DNA of 64,000 nucleotides, taken from the NCBI GenBank assembly GCA_951406725.2, contig OX597834.1:31186001-31250000 (forward strand), written 5' to 3'. The notes beneath the pieces were generated by a model, which saw only the letters and a list, made by a program, of their open reading frames with translations, ran no database searches and was not told where the DNA came from. This document shows positions 27,733-41,090 of the stretch, piece after piece. Each line of letters begins with the position of its first letter. Position 1 is the stretch's first letter. A program made the position numbers and the translations under genes. This DNA comes from Octopus vulgaris. Lineage: Eukaryota.

Positions 27733-29666
27733 TATGTATGTCTTGTACACACATATTTATATGTGCGTGTGTCTCTCTGTATCTATGTCGCCTTAACAAT
27801 GGACCTGAGAACATTTATAAATAGGTAATTAAAAGAAATCTAAAGTAGGCTCCACCTATACACACACACACACATGTATGTATAATATGCATTTGTATAC
27901 AGTGGGTGCTGCTTATTATAATCACAAATAATGTTATCAACCGGTTATTATTGTCATCAAAATTAGAAGTTTTGAAACAAGACTTTATTTAAAATGTATG
28001 CAAAATTATCCTCTTTTTAGAATCAGAGATCCAGATATTGTTATCGTGATTATATTTCCATGGGGAGCCTTTTACATCATTGCTGTTGCCGTATTGGGAT
28101 AAAAATCATAAAATTCTGTTACGTGAGGAAATCAAAACAATTCGAGAAAAGAACGGAGAAAAGGAAAATAGGGAGAGAGAGAAGTAAAAAAAAAAAAAAA
28201 AAAAAAAAATAGAATATTGATTTCAAATTTTAGGTATTTATTTTGTGGGATTTGAACTCAGAATGTGAAGACAGCTGAAGTTGTGTTAAAATATTGGCAG
28301 AAGTAGTTAGCTCCATGATAGGTTGGATGGAAATGTGTGTAGCGCCGGACGTGTGTGTGTTGTGGCTATAGGAGCTCTGTGGATTTGGGTTCAGTCCCAC
28401 TGTGTGGCACCTTGGGCAAGTGTCTTCTATTATAGCCCTGTGAGTGGATTTGGTAGATGGAAACTGAAATTTACATACATTTGTGTACATGTGTGTGTGT
28501 GTAAAGAGATGGAGGAATCTTTCATAAAACTATTAAACCGTATCAAATAGACTGTTTAGTGAAGTTTACACCTGGAAAGACAATATAACACTCGTTAAGA
28601 GAATGATACACCTGATTAGAATAGAATATGGAGATGGGGAGATTACAAAGACATGAAAATTTCAATTATATACACACACACACACACACGTGTGTGCACT
28701 CTCACGTGTGTGTGTGTATATATGTACACATATATATCCACATACAATCATATACATAGAAATAGATACACACACACATGTATGTATGTGTATGTATGTA
28801 TATATGGCGAATACAAAGATATAAGGAAGTAATCTGGTGTCTACATTCCAAACCAGCCAGATAAGACAATTTTATTAAATTTCTGTTTATGCAAACAAAT
28901 ATTAAAATATGTGTGGTGACGGAAAGGAAACTGCATAAAAGCCACGCTAGGTGGCGGGGGTGGGGGGTGTGAGGTGGGGGTGGATCAATGAATTACCTAA
29001 TACATGCGTGCTTGTGTATGTGTGTGTGTGTGTGTGTATGTGTATATATTTATGGAGGTGTATGCAAGTGTGTGTGTGTGTGTGTATATATATTCATGAA
29101 AGCATGCATGTGTATATATTTGTGTGTGTGTGTTTAATATATTCACACATCCATATACATAGTCACACACACATACACTTGCATAGATAAATATTAGTCC
29201 CTTATATCAATATCTGGGATTTAACAAAACAAACCTGAATACCAGAATGTTTGTGGTTATATTTGAGCAAATAATGAAGCACCTGCTACCACAAAACGTG
29301 TGTGTGTGTGTGTGTCTGTCATTCACACGCATATTCTGTCATACTTATACTCACACATAAACATATTTAGGTGTCCACACACACACACACAGATAGAGTT
29401 ATTGTCATTTATGTTTGTTTTTGATGGTGTGGGTTGGCTAGGTTATCTCTGCACAAATCGAGTATTTATTCAAAGTTATTTCCTTCTTGACCGGATCCGT
29501 TGAACGTGTGTGTTTCACTCATGTGTTCTGGTTGTGACATGGCTTTTGAAGACGGATGGTTCTTCCTGGCGCCAACCATTTTGCAAAGATGTTCTGGGTG
29601 TATTCCAGCACCATTGGAGAGGTTGTCACATACATGGATGTGTGTGTGTCTGTGTGTGTGTGTATG

Positions 29667-29739
<73 letters not shown>

Positions 29740-30487
29740 ACCGACCAGACCGTCAGATGTTGTTACACATCGCTGGTCATAATGCATTCGCATTGTTTTA
29801 GCCTTCGAATGACACCACCCCGCTGGCTAAGCGAGCAGGCCATATATATCTCTCTATATATAAATGGCAGTTTGTCTGTGCGTGTTTCTGTGTGTCTGTT
29901 TGCTTGTACCCTCACCCTGACCACGGCTTTCAACCGATTCTGATGATACTTGATATATATATATATATATATATATTCAAAATAACAGCAAAAATATAAA
30001 GTATCCCGCAGTACACAAAAAAGATATTGACATGGGGTTGAGAATCAGAACACGAACCACAAACTGTCAGAAATACTACTTAAAACCCTCAAAAAAAGGC
30101 ACCAAAAATTTGTCAACAACAACAAATGCTTTATGTTATTTCCCTACAAACCTGAGCAACTCCCAAGATTCCAGATGAGTGCTTTACAATTAAATATCCA
30201 CATACCATGCTGGCATCGGTCAGACGGTTTGACAAGGATGCAAAGAGTCAGATTCACATTGTACTGCAGTCATGTGCTTTGGCTGGTTTCTACCGCTGGA
30301 TGCTGCCCTTCCTAATGCCAACCCGTTTGCAGTGGGGACTGGGAACCATTTTTTTTTTGTGCCACTGGCACTATTGAACTCAACATGTAGCTCACAAGTC
30401 AACAAACCCAGGGAAGGAAGGAAGCTGTTGCCTTTGGATGTTGGAGGGGATTAAGGTATGCAAGAAGAGGTTGGATTAGAGCAGGTT

Positions 30488-30690
30488 CCGTGTGTGTACC
30501 GTTGGCGATTTCTTTTCCTCCGTCTTTCCTTCTCTGGATCTCTCCTTTTCCTATGTTTCTGACGAAGAGCTCCGCTCAAAACGTAAAACCCTCCTTCTTC
30601 CCTTCCTTCCTGAGCGTCCAATAATACTATATTTGTTCCACGTGCTTGCGTTGTGTTTTCTCTTTGTGTTTTCATGTTTGGATTAACTTT
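30488..30690 (+). mobile_element. ~200-bp non-autonomous element with minimal hammerhead ribozyme motif (Penelope-like/retrozyme-like), copy 1
   Basis: Closely similar to 42327-42530 and ends in (TA)n. Contains GTTT-CTGACGA-A-GAGC-TCC-GCTC-AAAA-CG-TA-AAAC at 30555-30589. Confidence 0.7.
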
Positions 30691-30696
30691 ATATAC

Positions 30697-30728
<32 letters not shown>

Positions 30729-30729
30729 T

Positions 30730-31634
30730 TTTATATATATGCATATGTTCTATTTTATTAACATATTATACGACTAAACGCACGCACCCTATTAAGTAAG
30801 ATTGTTCTGTTTATCAAGTTAGCCTTGATATTAACTCTCACGCGACTCTGCATCTTTCTTTCTTACTCTCCCATTCCCTTTTTCGTCCTTTTTCCCTCAC
30901 TTAACTTGTCTCTTCCTCTCTCTCTCATTCTTCATTCTCTCTCTCCCCCTCACCATTCTTCATGGTCTCCTCGCACCATTCCCCTTCTTCTCTCTCTTCC
31001 TCTTGCTCCTCCTCCCCCATTCCCGTCGTCCATCTGCGACGATACTTCCGTCGTAACTGCTATCCTGTCTTTTCTCGCCCGCCTTCTAAGGCCACTGGTC
31101 GACATTCTTTCTCTCTCGTCGTCCACTATAATCCAGCGTTTGCATTACTTTTTTCGTCTGGCGTAAACAGCCCTTCTTATCTTGTTCTCCTTGTCCTGTC
31201 TCTCACTGTTATATATTTATTTTTCAACTGTTTATATATAATTTTTTTTTACTGTTTATATGTTTGTACTGTCGTTACCGTCTTGCTTTTTTTACCATTT
31301 TTTACCCTCTGCGAAAAGATCTCAGAATTTTAATTGATTTGCTTTTCGCAGGAAGGAAGTTTCTTCGAAGTATACGTCTCGCTTTTATCCTTCGAAACGT
31401 AGAGTAGATGAAACCTTAGCGACTGAAGAAGGGGATTTTTCGTTGTGCTTATTGTCCTGTATCTCTTTTTTCTTTTTTTGCTTGTCCTGTTCCTTGGTTT
31501 GTGTCTATGTTTTTTCGTCTCTCTATGTGTTCGACGTCTTTTTGGTGTCCTGTACACATATATGCGTGTATATGTACATGTAGAGGTAGGTACGTACATA
31601 TATGTTTATATATATGCATATGTTCTATTTTATT

Positions 31635-31641
<7 letters not shown>
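30730..31641. mobile_element. Unclassified ~0.9-kb insertion in (TA)n bounded by a 37-nt direct repeat
   Basis: TTTATATATATGCATATGTTCTATTTTATTAACATAT occurs at 30730-30766 and 31605-31641. The interior is CpG-retaining and pyrimidine-rich, unlike its flanks. Confidence 0.5.
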
Positions 31642-31686
<45 letters not shown>

Positions 31687-31868
31687 CATATATTCTATGT
31701 AGAGACGGAGAGAGAGAGAGACGAGGTTACATGCTCCACTTGTTATGATGCTGCTGGCCATCCATACCTGAGACAGGCCACCAGCTGGTAGTAATGGAAA
31801 GCTTCCATATCTAGCTTATGTGATTGACGTGTCTCTAAGGTATACTGAGGTTAATCCAAGTTATTATT

Positions 31869-31899
<31 letters not shown>

Positions 31900-32167
31900 T
31901 TGTCATTAATGTTAAATAAATAGCTTAGATTAACTTCTAACTCTTAGCCTAATATCTCCTCTGACTTGTTAACCATCATCATCATCATCATCATCATATC
32001 TGTCACTATCACTACCATTACATCCACCACTAGCATCATCATCATCATCATTACTATCATCACCACCATCACCTCCACATAAGTGTTCTCAACACCAAAC
32101 ATTATTATTATTATTATTATTAGTTTCATCACTATGGACAGCATCATAACCAGATACCACAAATATG

Positions 32168-32206
<39 letters not shown>

Positions 32207-33206
32207 TACTACTACTACTACCCCCACCACCACCACCACCAGCAACAACAATACCACCACTACCACAAAAATAATTACTACTACTTCTACTACAACCATT
32301 GCTGCTACCACAACCAACACAACAACCACCAATACCACAACCACCACTACCACAGCCACCACTACCACTACTACCACCACCACAACAGCAACAACATTGT
32401 ATTTACCATTAGCTTTGTTGGACCTGTTGCCCCACCAACACCACTGCCTTCTCTACGAACACTTGCCATTACCATTATTACAACCACCAATACCTATTTC
32501 TTTATTACCCACAAGGGGCTAAACATGGAAGGGACAAACAAGGACAGACATAGGTATTAAGTCGATTACATCGACCCCAGTGCGTAACTGGTACTAATTT
32601 GATCGACCCCGAAAGGATGAAAGGCAAAGTCGACCTCGGCGGAATTTGAACTCACAACGTTGCCACGCATTGTTAACTTCTTCCAGCAGCATCACCAGCC
32701 ACAGCAGAGTTCTCAGCACTGCTATACTACTACCGCAGTCACTACCACCACCTATACTACTGTTCACATTTGCCACCATCATGATGATGATGACCACCAC
32801 CAACTTCAAAAACGACTCCAACTTTACCAACATCCCCCTCACCTCCACTACCACTGCCAACATCATCACCAACACCATTGCGGTTGTCAGGACCAACACC
32901 ACCTTCACCACCTCCACCACCAGTGCCATTACAGCTGTCACTACCACCACCACCACCACCATCGCCTAAACCACAACTGCCAACACCACCGCCGCCATCA
33001 TAATCAGCCGAGTTTAAAGGTTTTGGTAGATCAAATCCTTTTCTCATGCCAGCAGACTGTGGAAGTAAATTAAAAGAGAGCAGGCTTAGGGTGAGGGCTT
33101 CACTGGTTTCCTGGAATTTGAACTCCTCACACCTTCTTTCCTCCATCTCGAATGGTGTGTGAGGGGGGGGGGGAGGAGGAGTTATTATTGGCACTGCCAC
33201 TTCTCA

Positions 33207-33245
<39 letters not shown>

Positions 33246-34456
33246 GCACACACAGATATGTGCACACAGAATGCACACACACACACATAGATGCTTACAC
33301 ACACACATAGATGCTTACACACACACACACATACATACAGAGGTGCATGCACACACATGACATAATTCTGAAGAAATGTGGGATCCTGTATGTGATTGGT
33401 GGAACTGTTATTAATGGTTTCAAATTTTGGCACAAGGCCAGCAATTTCAGGGGAGGGCAGGAGTCAATTACATCAACCCCAGTGTACAACTGGTATTTAT
33501 TTTATCGACCCTGAAAGGATGAAAAATAAAAAGCTAAGTCAACCTTGGTGGAATTTGAACTCAGAACGTGGGACTGAATGAAATGCCGCAAAGAGAAAAT
33601 GGTATATGTAAAAAATTTTAAAAAAGAATTAAAAAAGAACAGGATGGTCATGGCTGGAATCCTTGTGATCATTAGGTTTGTTCAGTGAGGGTTGACACGA
33701 GGTTAAACAACAACATAATATGTTTGTGTTATTAGTCCCCCCCTCCACCATTCTTCTCCCATCACAACCACCACCATCATTATCGTTGTCATTGTTGTCA
33801 TCACCATCATCATCATTGTCATCATTATCATTCTCGTCATCATTGCCATAATTGTCGTCATCATCATCACTGCCATCATCATCATCATAGGTTCTTACCT
33901 CATGAGTATGGGTTTGAAAGGTCCAGTGCTCTCTGAGCCATTTGTGTGTCATTCATTTGATCCATTTTCAGCATAGCTTCCACAACTGGAGGGCCTTCCT
34001 AATAATGACCACTTCACAGAATCTCCAGGGGTGCATTTTATTTTGGTGCCAACACCAGAGAGGCTGTCAAAGACTACATTATCCACTATAGTCTTTAAGA
34101 TGGCTCTGTGTGATGTGAGCAAGATTTGGCTGCTGTTTCTAGTGGGTCAAGATACTACGTAGAAACTTGTTGCTTTGTTTTTATTGCATGGTCAGTATGA
34201 CATTCAGGAAACTGATGTCTGGTTTGTGGTCAGTGGATTATGTCCAGTTAGCTGCAATCAGTGGATCATATCTAATGAGCTGTGTGAGGAGTGCATGGAG
34301 TCCAGCAGGTATGTTCAGTAGACTGTGTCCAATGAGCTGTGGTCAGTAGTTCATGTCCAAAAAGCTGTGGTCACTCAGCTGGTCAATAGACAGTTCAGTA
34401 ATGATCAAATGTGTGAATATCACATTTTTTTTTTCCCAGCTTATAGTTTTTGTTTT

Positions 34457-34502
<46 letters not shown>

Positions 34503-35232
34503 CATCAATAAATAATAACCAAGCGTATTTTAGTTGTTGCACATACGCAACACATTCAAAATGATAAATATGTTTATAGCATGCATTTTAAACACATACA
34601 TGCATACATACATACATACATACATGCATGCATGCCACCCACCCTTTTATGATGCAGGGTAGCCTTGTATCTCTTCTACAGCAAGACACCTAGGCTTCTC
34701 CTTCAGTTCCACTTCGGCCTCTAAACAGTTGGCATAGAACCATTGTCCAACCTCTCCACCTCTCAGACACTGGCCCCTCATTTTTTTTGTAGAATTTCTT
34801 TCCTGTTTCCTTTTCCTTCTTCTTCTTCTTCCAGTTCTTCTTGAGTTTCAAATTACTTGGTCACCTCACTGGTGCTGGTGCCACATAAAAAATCACTCAG
34901 TAAACTCTGTGGAGTGGTCAGTGTTTGGAAGGGCATCTAGCTGTAGAAACCATGCCAAGGGTGACATGGAGCTCAGCATGGCCCTGCCAAGCTGGGCAAC
35001 CTGTGCCAGCGTGCAAAAATGGATATTGTATGGTGACCCGTGATGAATAGCCAAGTCTATTTAAATGTTGTCCCTGTGTTATACATCCAGATACATGTAT
35101 ATACACGTGTCATTAGATATTGGACACATGTAGCACATTGAAGTATACACACTCACACACATATATCCATGCATTTTAAACATGTATATATGTACATCTA
35201 GCAATCTTTCTCTCTCTCTACATACATACATA

Positions 35233-35296
<64 letters not shown>

Positions 35297-36509
35297 CATA
35301 TATATATATCCCTGCAGATACACATTGAAATAGACACCCATCTGTCTTCACCAAAATGTTGATGTTGATGATGATGTTATATGATATGTGGTTGTCATGA
35401 TGACATTTCATATCTTTATGTTGTATTATTATTATTGTTGTTGTTGTTCCCCCCCCCCTCTCCTCTCCCCTCATATCTCCCATCCCATTCCTAGTTCGCT
35501 GCAAAAGGTTTTTTTTTATAATATTCTTTTGTTGTTGTTTTTTTTTTCTATTATTCTTGTCTGTTTATTTCACATCGACATGTGAAAGAACACAAAAAAA
35601 AAATGAATTTAAAAAAAAAAATTAAAACCATACCGAAACAGAAAACAGAGGTGGGCGACAGGGTGGATTGTCTTTTGGTAAAACTTTGTTGCTGCTGTTG
35701 TTGATGTGGCCTTTATTGCTGCTGCTGTTGTTATTGTTGTTGTTAATGTCACTTGTGTTGTATGCGAAGAGCATGGTGGAGTGGGGGAGGGCCTGGGTGG
35801 ATTACTTGTGCCTGTTATCACTTGTTATCTTGAAGAATTCTCTCAGTTTCTCTTCAAGGAAAACGGAACCCCTTATAACAATGTCTTTGCTATTGTTTGG
35901 CTGCTAAAGAAATGAAAGGAACCAGCCACCTCTCTCTCCTGCCAGCCTGTAGTCATGTAATCGAGTCATCAAACGGCTCTCTACTTGGTCTCTTGACCTG
36001 CCAAGAAATAGCAGCCAAAATCTCCTTCAAGTCATATGTGTGCACACACACACACACACACACATACACACAGACACACACACACATAAATGCAAAATAA
36101 GGTGGGAAAAATAGTACTCAATTACCAAAGGTAGAGTAATATGCTTTTTATTAGAACTGTAAAATTATCACAGAACTGTTACTCAGTTTCTTCTAAAAAT
36201 ACGGTCTATTTGGCATTATGAGGTGCTTGAGAAGAAGACCCATCAAGCCAAGTAACATTGCAGTCGTGGCACATACCAGTGTCACACAAATGGCACTCAT
36301 GCTGGTGACACATAAAAGCACCCATTACACTTTCAGAGTTGTTGGTGTTAGGAAGGGCATCCAGCTGTAGGAACAATGCCAAAACAGACTGGAGTCTGGG
36401 GCAGCCTTTTCCAGCTTGCCAGCCCTGGTCAAATAGTCCAACGCATGCCAGCATGGACAATGGATGTTAAATGATGATGATGATATATCTATCTATATAA
36501 ATTTTTTTT

Positions 36510-36701
36510 TCTTTTATTTGTTTCAGTCATTTGACTGTGGCCATGCTGGAGCACTGCCTTTAGTCGATCAAATCAACCTCAGGTCTTATTCTTTGTAAGC
36601 CCAGTGCTTATTCTATCAGTTTCTTTTGCCAAACCACTAAGTTATGGGGATGTAAACACACCAGCATCGGTTGTCCAGCGATGGCGGGAGGGCAAACACT
36701 G

Positions 36702-36760
<59 letters not shown>

Positions 36761-36905
36761 TGATGGGCTTCTTGCAGTTTCCGTCTACCAAATCCACAAG
36801 GCCCAAGGCTTGAGTAGAACACACTTGCCCAAGGTGCCACACAGTGGGACTACACCCGGAGCCATGTGGCTGGTAAGCAAGCTACTTACCACACTCCTGT
36901 GCCTA
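36510..36905 (-). mobile_element. tRNA-derived SINE, family A
   Basis: Diverged reverse-strand copy. Confidence 0.8.
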
Positions 36906-37149
36906 TAAATATATATGGTTTGATGCTGTTAATACAAATTCTTACCTAGTTTCTGTACTGTTTGTTGTTAACCTTTTAATGCCAGTGTGATAAGCAGTCA
37001 ATAGCTTGACCTTTGGTGGTCAAAGGTTAAGGTTTGTGTTATTGATTGATCAGCTCTCTTGATCTTTGCACCACTGCAACTGATGTCTATGTTTTTTTGT
37101 TGACAGTTATCCATTCCTAAAGCTTGCCAGGATTAGTTTGACAATGATG

Positions 37150-37750
37150 AGAGAGAAATATACACTGGGATAACGTGCTAGTCTACCACACATAACATTT
37201 CCCTGATAATCTTGTGGGTGCCGATACCTCTTGACATCTAGGGTAAAGCAAGGTGATGTCAAATGTAGTGTATGACCACAGAAGCTGTATGATGTGAGAT
37301 CAGTCTACCCCTGGATATGATGCTAGTCTATCACATGCAGGACCTATTACTGTGTACAGCTCGGGTGGACTGAGTTCATGTAGAATGTAGTCTACTGTCA
37401 ATGAAACTCCATAATGATAATAAACAAATCTCCTCCTGGCTATGGCACTAGTCTATCATAGGTAACTTTCCTCAGTGATCCGGTGGTACCTCAGCTAAGG
37501 TGAACTGAGCTGATGTAGACTATGGTGTGATACTACAGAACCTTTGTGATGTGAGATAGTTTTCCTCCTGGATATGACCACAGTCCTTCATAGTATTCCC
37601 AGATGATTGTGTGGTGCCTAATGATGGCTAAAGTGAATTGAGGTTATATAGAATATAATGTATCACTCCAAAGACACTGTGGTGAGAGATATCTCCTGGG
37701 AGAGGACACTAGTCTGTCATAAGCGACATTTCCTTCCAGTGGTGGTGGTT
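37150..37750. repeat. Old degenerate tandem repeat, about 5 units of ~125-145 bp
   Basis: Anchor CTGG.TATG...CTAGTCTATCA recurs near 37166, 37311, 37436, 37568 and 37696. Confidence 0.6.
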
Positions 37751-38629
37751 GGGGGGTCGGTCAGTCAGACACACATACACACACAAACATGGGCTGCAAC
37801 ACAGTTTCCATCTACCAAATTTACCCATCCACATGATATTACTCAGCCCTGGGCTGTAATGGAAGGCACCTGCCCAAGGTGCTGTGCTGTGGGACTGAAC
37901 CTGAAACCACATGGCTGGGAAACAAACCCCTAAACCACACAGCCACAACAGCGCCTATGAGAGAGAAAGTGGGGTTGGAGTACTTGGCTATCAGTTCTTG
38001 TTCTGCTACTGCTGTTGAGGGAATTTGTTTTGTGCCAATGTCTAAATTTGCAGGTGCATCTTACCCCGGTCTGGTGTTAGAATGACTAAATGCCAATAGA
38101 ACAAAACAAAAAAAAAAAATGCAAAGAAGACAGCAACAGCAACAACAAAAACAACACAAATAAATTAAAACTATAACAACAGACAATAATAGGAAATGTG
38201 TTGAGAATGCAAAAATGCAATAAGAAGAAAATGTGTTCGTGTTAGCTGACATGAGATTGCGTTGGTGCACTCTGGTGCAATCGTAGTCATATGTGAAGAG
38301 CAATTCAACTGCTTTCCCAACATGTCTGCTGCAGTTGCTGTTGTTGTTGTTGTTGCTGCTATGATTTTTGTTGTTCATATTTCATTTTTCTGCCACCACC
38401 TCCTTCCCCTCCTCCCTTACCGCTCCCGTTCCTGTTTTTTTTTTTCATGTCATATTTTATCTCTGTTGCGGGGGGGGGGGGGAATGCGTGTGTGTGTGTG
38501 TGTTGTGCTGTGTGTGTCTGTGTGTTGTGCTGTGTGTGTGTGTGATTTTTAAACTCTGTCCTCACCTGACTGTTGTCTCCAGTGTAGTGTTTATGGAGGT
38601 GTCTGGTATGCGTGTGTGTGTGTGTGTGT

Positions 38630-38881
38630 GAGAGAGAGAGAAAGAGGGAGAGACTATGAACATGTGTGTGTGAGTGTATGTGTGATTGTGTGTGTGAGAG
38701 AAAGAGGGAGAGACTATGAACATGTGTGTGTGTGTGTGCGAGTGTATGTATGATTGCGTGTGTGTGAGAGAGAGAAAGAGGGAGAGACTATGAACGTGTG
38801 TGTGTGTATGTGTGATTGTGTGTGTGTGAGTGTATTATGATTGTGTGTGTGTGAGAGAGAAAGAGGGAGAGACTATGAACA

Positions 38882-38922
<41 letters not shown>

Positions 38923-38950
38923 CTATGAACATGTGTGTGTGTGTGTGTGT
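38630..38950. repeat. Compound repeat GAGAGACTATGAACATG(TG)n, about 5-6 copies
   Basis: A fixed anchor is repeated with variable (TG)n/(GA)n spacers. Confidence 0.8.
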
Positions 38951-39926
38951 CAATGTGTAAAGGTTTGTGCATGAATGTATCAACATGAATATGTGTGTGT
39001 GTGAGAGAGAGAGAGAATTATGACGGTGTGTGTATGAACATGTGTGTGTGTGTGTGTGTCTGTGTGTCTCTAGAAAGAAGACTTGTGAGATCAAATGAAA
39101 ATAACTTGTTAACTCCACATTGATTAGAACTTGTCTATCTGTCTGTCTGTCTGTTTGTCTGTCCTCTTGTCTGTCTGTCTGTCTCTCTATAGATGACCTG
39201 AGTTGTTGGGGGTAGGTGGGAAACACCTGGGCTTGCATTCTACCCCTCACCCATCTTTCTCGCTGCCAGACCCTTTCCCCACTCCACCCCACTCACTCCA
39301 GGGGTTGCACTCTCTCCTGCACTTACAGAGGCATCCTTCCTTTCTACCAAACTCTCTCTCTCTCCCTCTCTGTCAAAATGCAATCAGATTTAATTAACAC
39401 TCTACATCTGTACTGAATGGCTCGGTGGTAAAGAGCTGGACCGTTGAATGAAAGATCACAAGTTCAAGCTTCACTGCTGGCAATTCGTTTTATTTTTTAT
39501 TTTTTATCTGCCTTTTTTTTTATTGTTTTAATGTTAAAGTTCCATCATCTGAGATGTGTTTGTGTTTGCTTATCTGACAAATTTTTTTCTTTTCAATTAC
39601 ATAAACCTATATGTGCATTCATCATCATTGTTTTGCCTGCTTTTCCATGCATGCATGGATTAGATGAAGGTAGGCTGGGACAGGATTGTCTACAGCTGGA
39701 TGCTCTTCCTATTACCAACATCTATTTGTTTCCAAGCTTTGCCACTCCTCTTCCTCTACGTGGATTATGAGTAGGATGCAGGTTGAGGTTTACCTTGGTT
39801 TGTTAATTGTGTGTGTCTGGGAGTAGGGGAAATCAGTGGGATCGATATCCCGGGGTAGAAGGACTGGATAGTAACAGATGTGACCTTGGTGTGTATTAAG
39901 CATCGCACAAACATATGCATACATAT

Positions 39927-40091
39927 GGCGCAGGAGTGGCTGTGTGGTAAGTAGTTTGTTTACCAACCACATGGTTCTGGGTTCCGTCCCACTGCGTGGC
40001 ACCTTAGGCAAGTGTCTTCTACTATAGCCTCAGGCCGACCAAAGCCTTGTGAGTGGATTTGGTAGACGGAAACTGAAAGAAGCCCGTCGTA

Positions 40092-40122
<31 letters not shown>

Positions 40123-40337
40123 CCGTGTGTGTGTTTGTGTGCCTGTGTTTGTCCCCCTAGCATTGCTTGACAACCGATGCTGGTGTGTTTATGTCCCCGT
40201 CACTTAGCGGTTCGGCAAAAGAGACTGATAGAATAAATACTGGGCTTACAAAAGAATAAGTCCCGGGGTCGACTTGCTCGATTAAAGGCGGTGCTCCAGC
40301 ATGGCCGCAGTCAAATGACTGAAACAATTAAAAGAGT
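39927..40337 (+). mobile_element. tRNA-derived SINE, family A, full length
   Basis: Highly similar to 17153-17545. Confidence 0.88.
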
Positions 40338-40475
40338 ATACACGGCTATGTGGTTTTAGGTTCAATCTCACTATGCTGCATTTTGAGCAAATGTTGTGCT
40401 CTTGCAATCATTGAATCAACCTGAAACTTGAGAGCAAAATTGAATTCACAGAAACTATGGAAGACCATATTGTGT

Positions 40476-40508
<33 letters not shown>

Positions 40509-40824
40509 TTTGATGTATTTCATCTTCATGCATGCTCACTGGTTGTAAATAAGAGGTTCATTCATAAGGTGTCGTTTGTTTCTGGTTCTCCATGTAAACA
40601 TGTCTGGTCTGTTTGTTGTCCAACAGACGGCGAGATTTATTACCTCACTTGGGAACGAGTAAGGGTTGGCAACAGGAAGAGTATGCAGCCACCTAGCATA
40701 GTCTTGCCTGTTCCTTGCTGGCTTGGAGACATTTGCTGCTGAAACTATGACGATGATGATGAAGCATACATCAACACACCTGTAATTGAAAAGTGAAGGT
40801 GTCTGATATGTATGAATGTGTGCC

Positions 40825-41090
40825 TTGCCTGGCCCCCGTGCCGGTGGCGCGTAAAAAGCACCATACGATCGTGGCCGTTTGTCAGCCTCGTCTGGCACCT
40901 GTGCCGGTGGCACGTAAAAAGCACCCACTACACTCACGGAGTGGTTGGCGTTAGGAAGGGCATCCAGCTGTAGAAACACTGCCAGATCAGACTGGGCCTG
41001 GTGCAGCCTTCTGGCTTCCCAGACCCCAGTTGAACTGTCCAACCCATGCTAGCATGGAAAACGGACGCTAAACGATGATGATGATGATGG
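40825..41090 (+). mobile_element. RTE 3' UTR remnant (family C)
   Basis: Internal units, the conserved tail and (GAT)n. Confidence 0.75.

Noticed and set aside
31300-31440. Second-type hammerhead from GAAACGTA (31394) and CTGAAGA (31423)
   Set aside because: I could not build a convincing stem I and stem II around the boxes in either permutation. Kept only as a note in the element finding.
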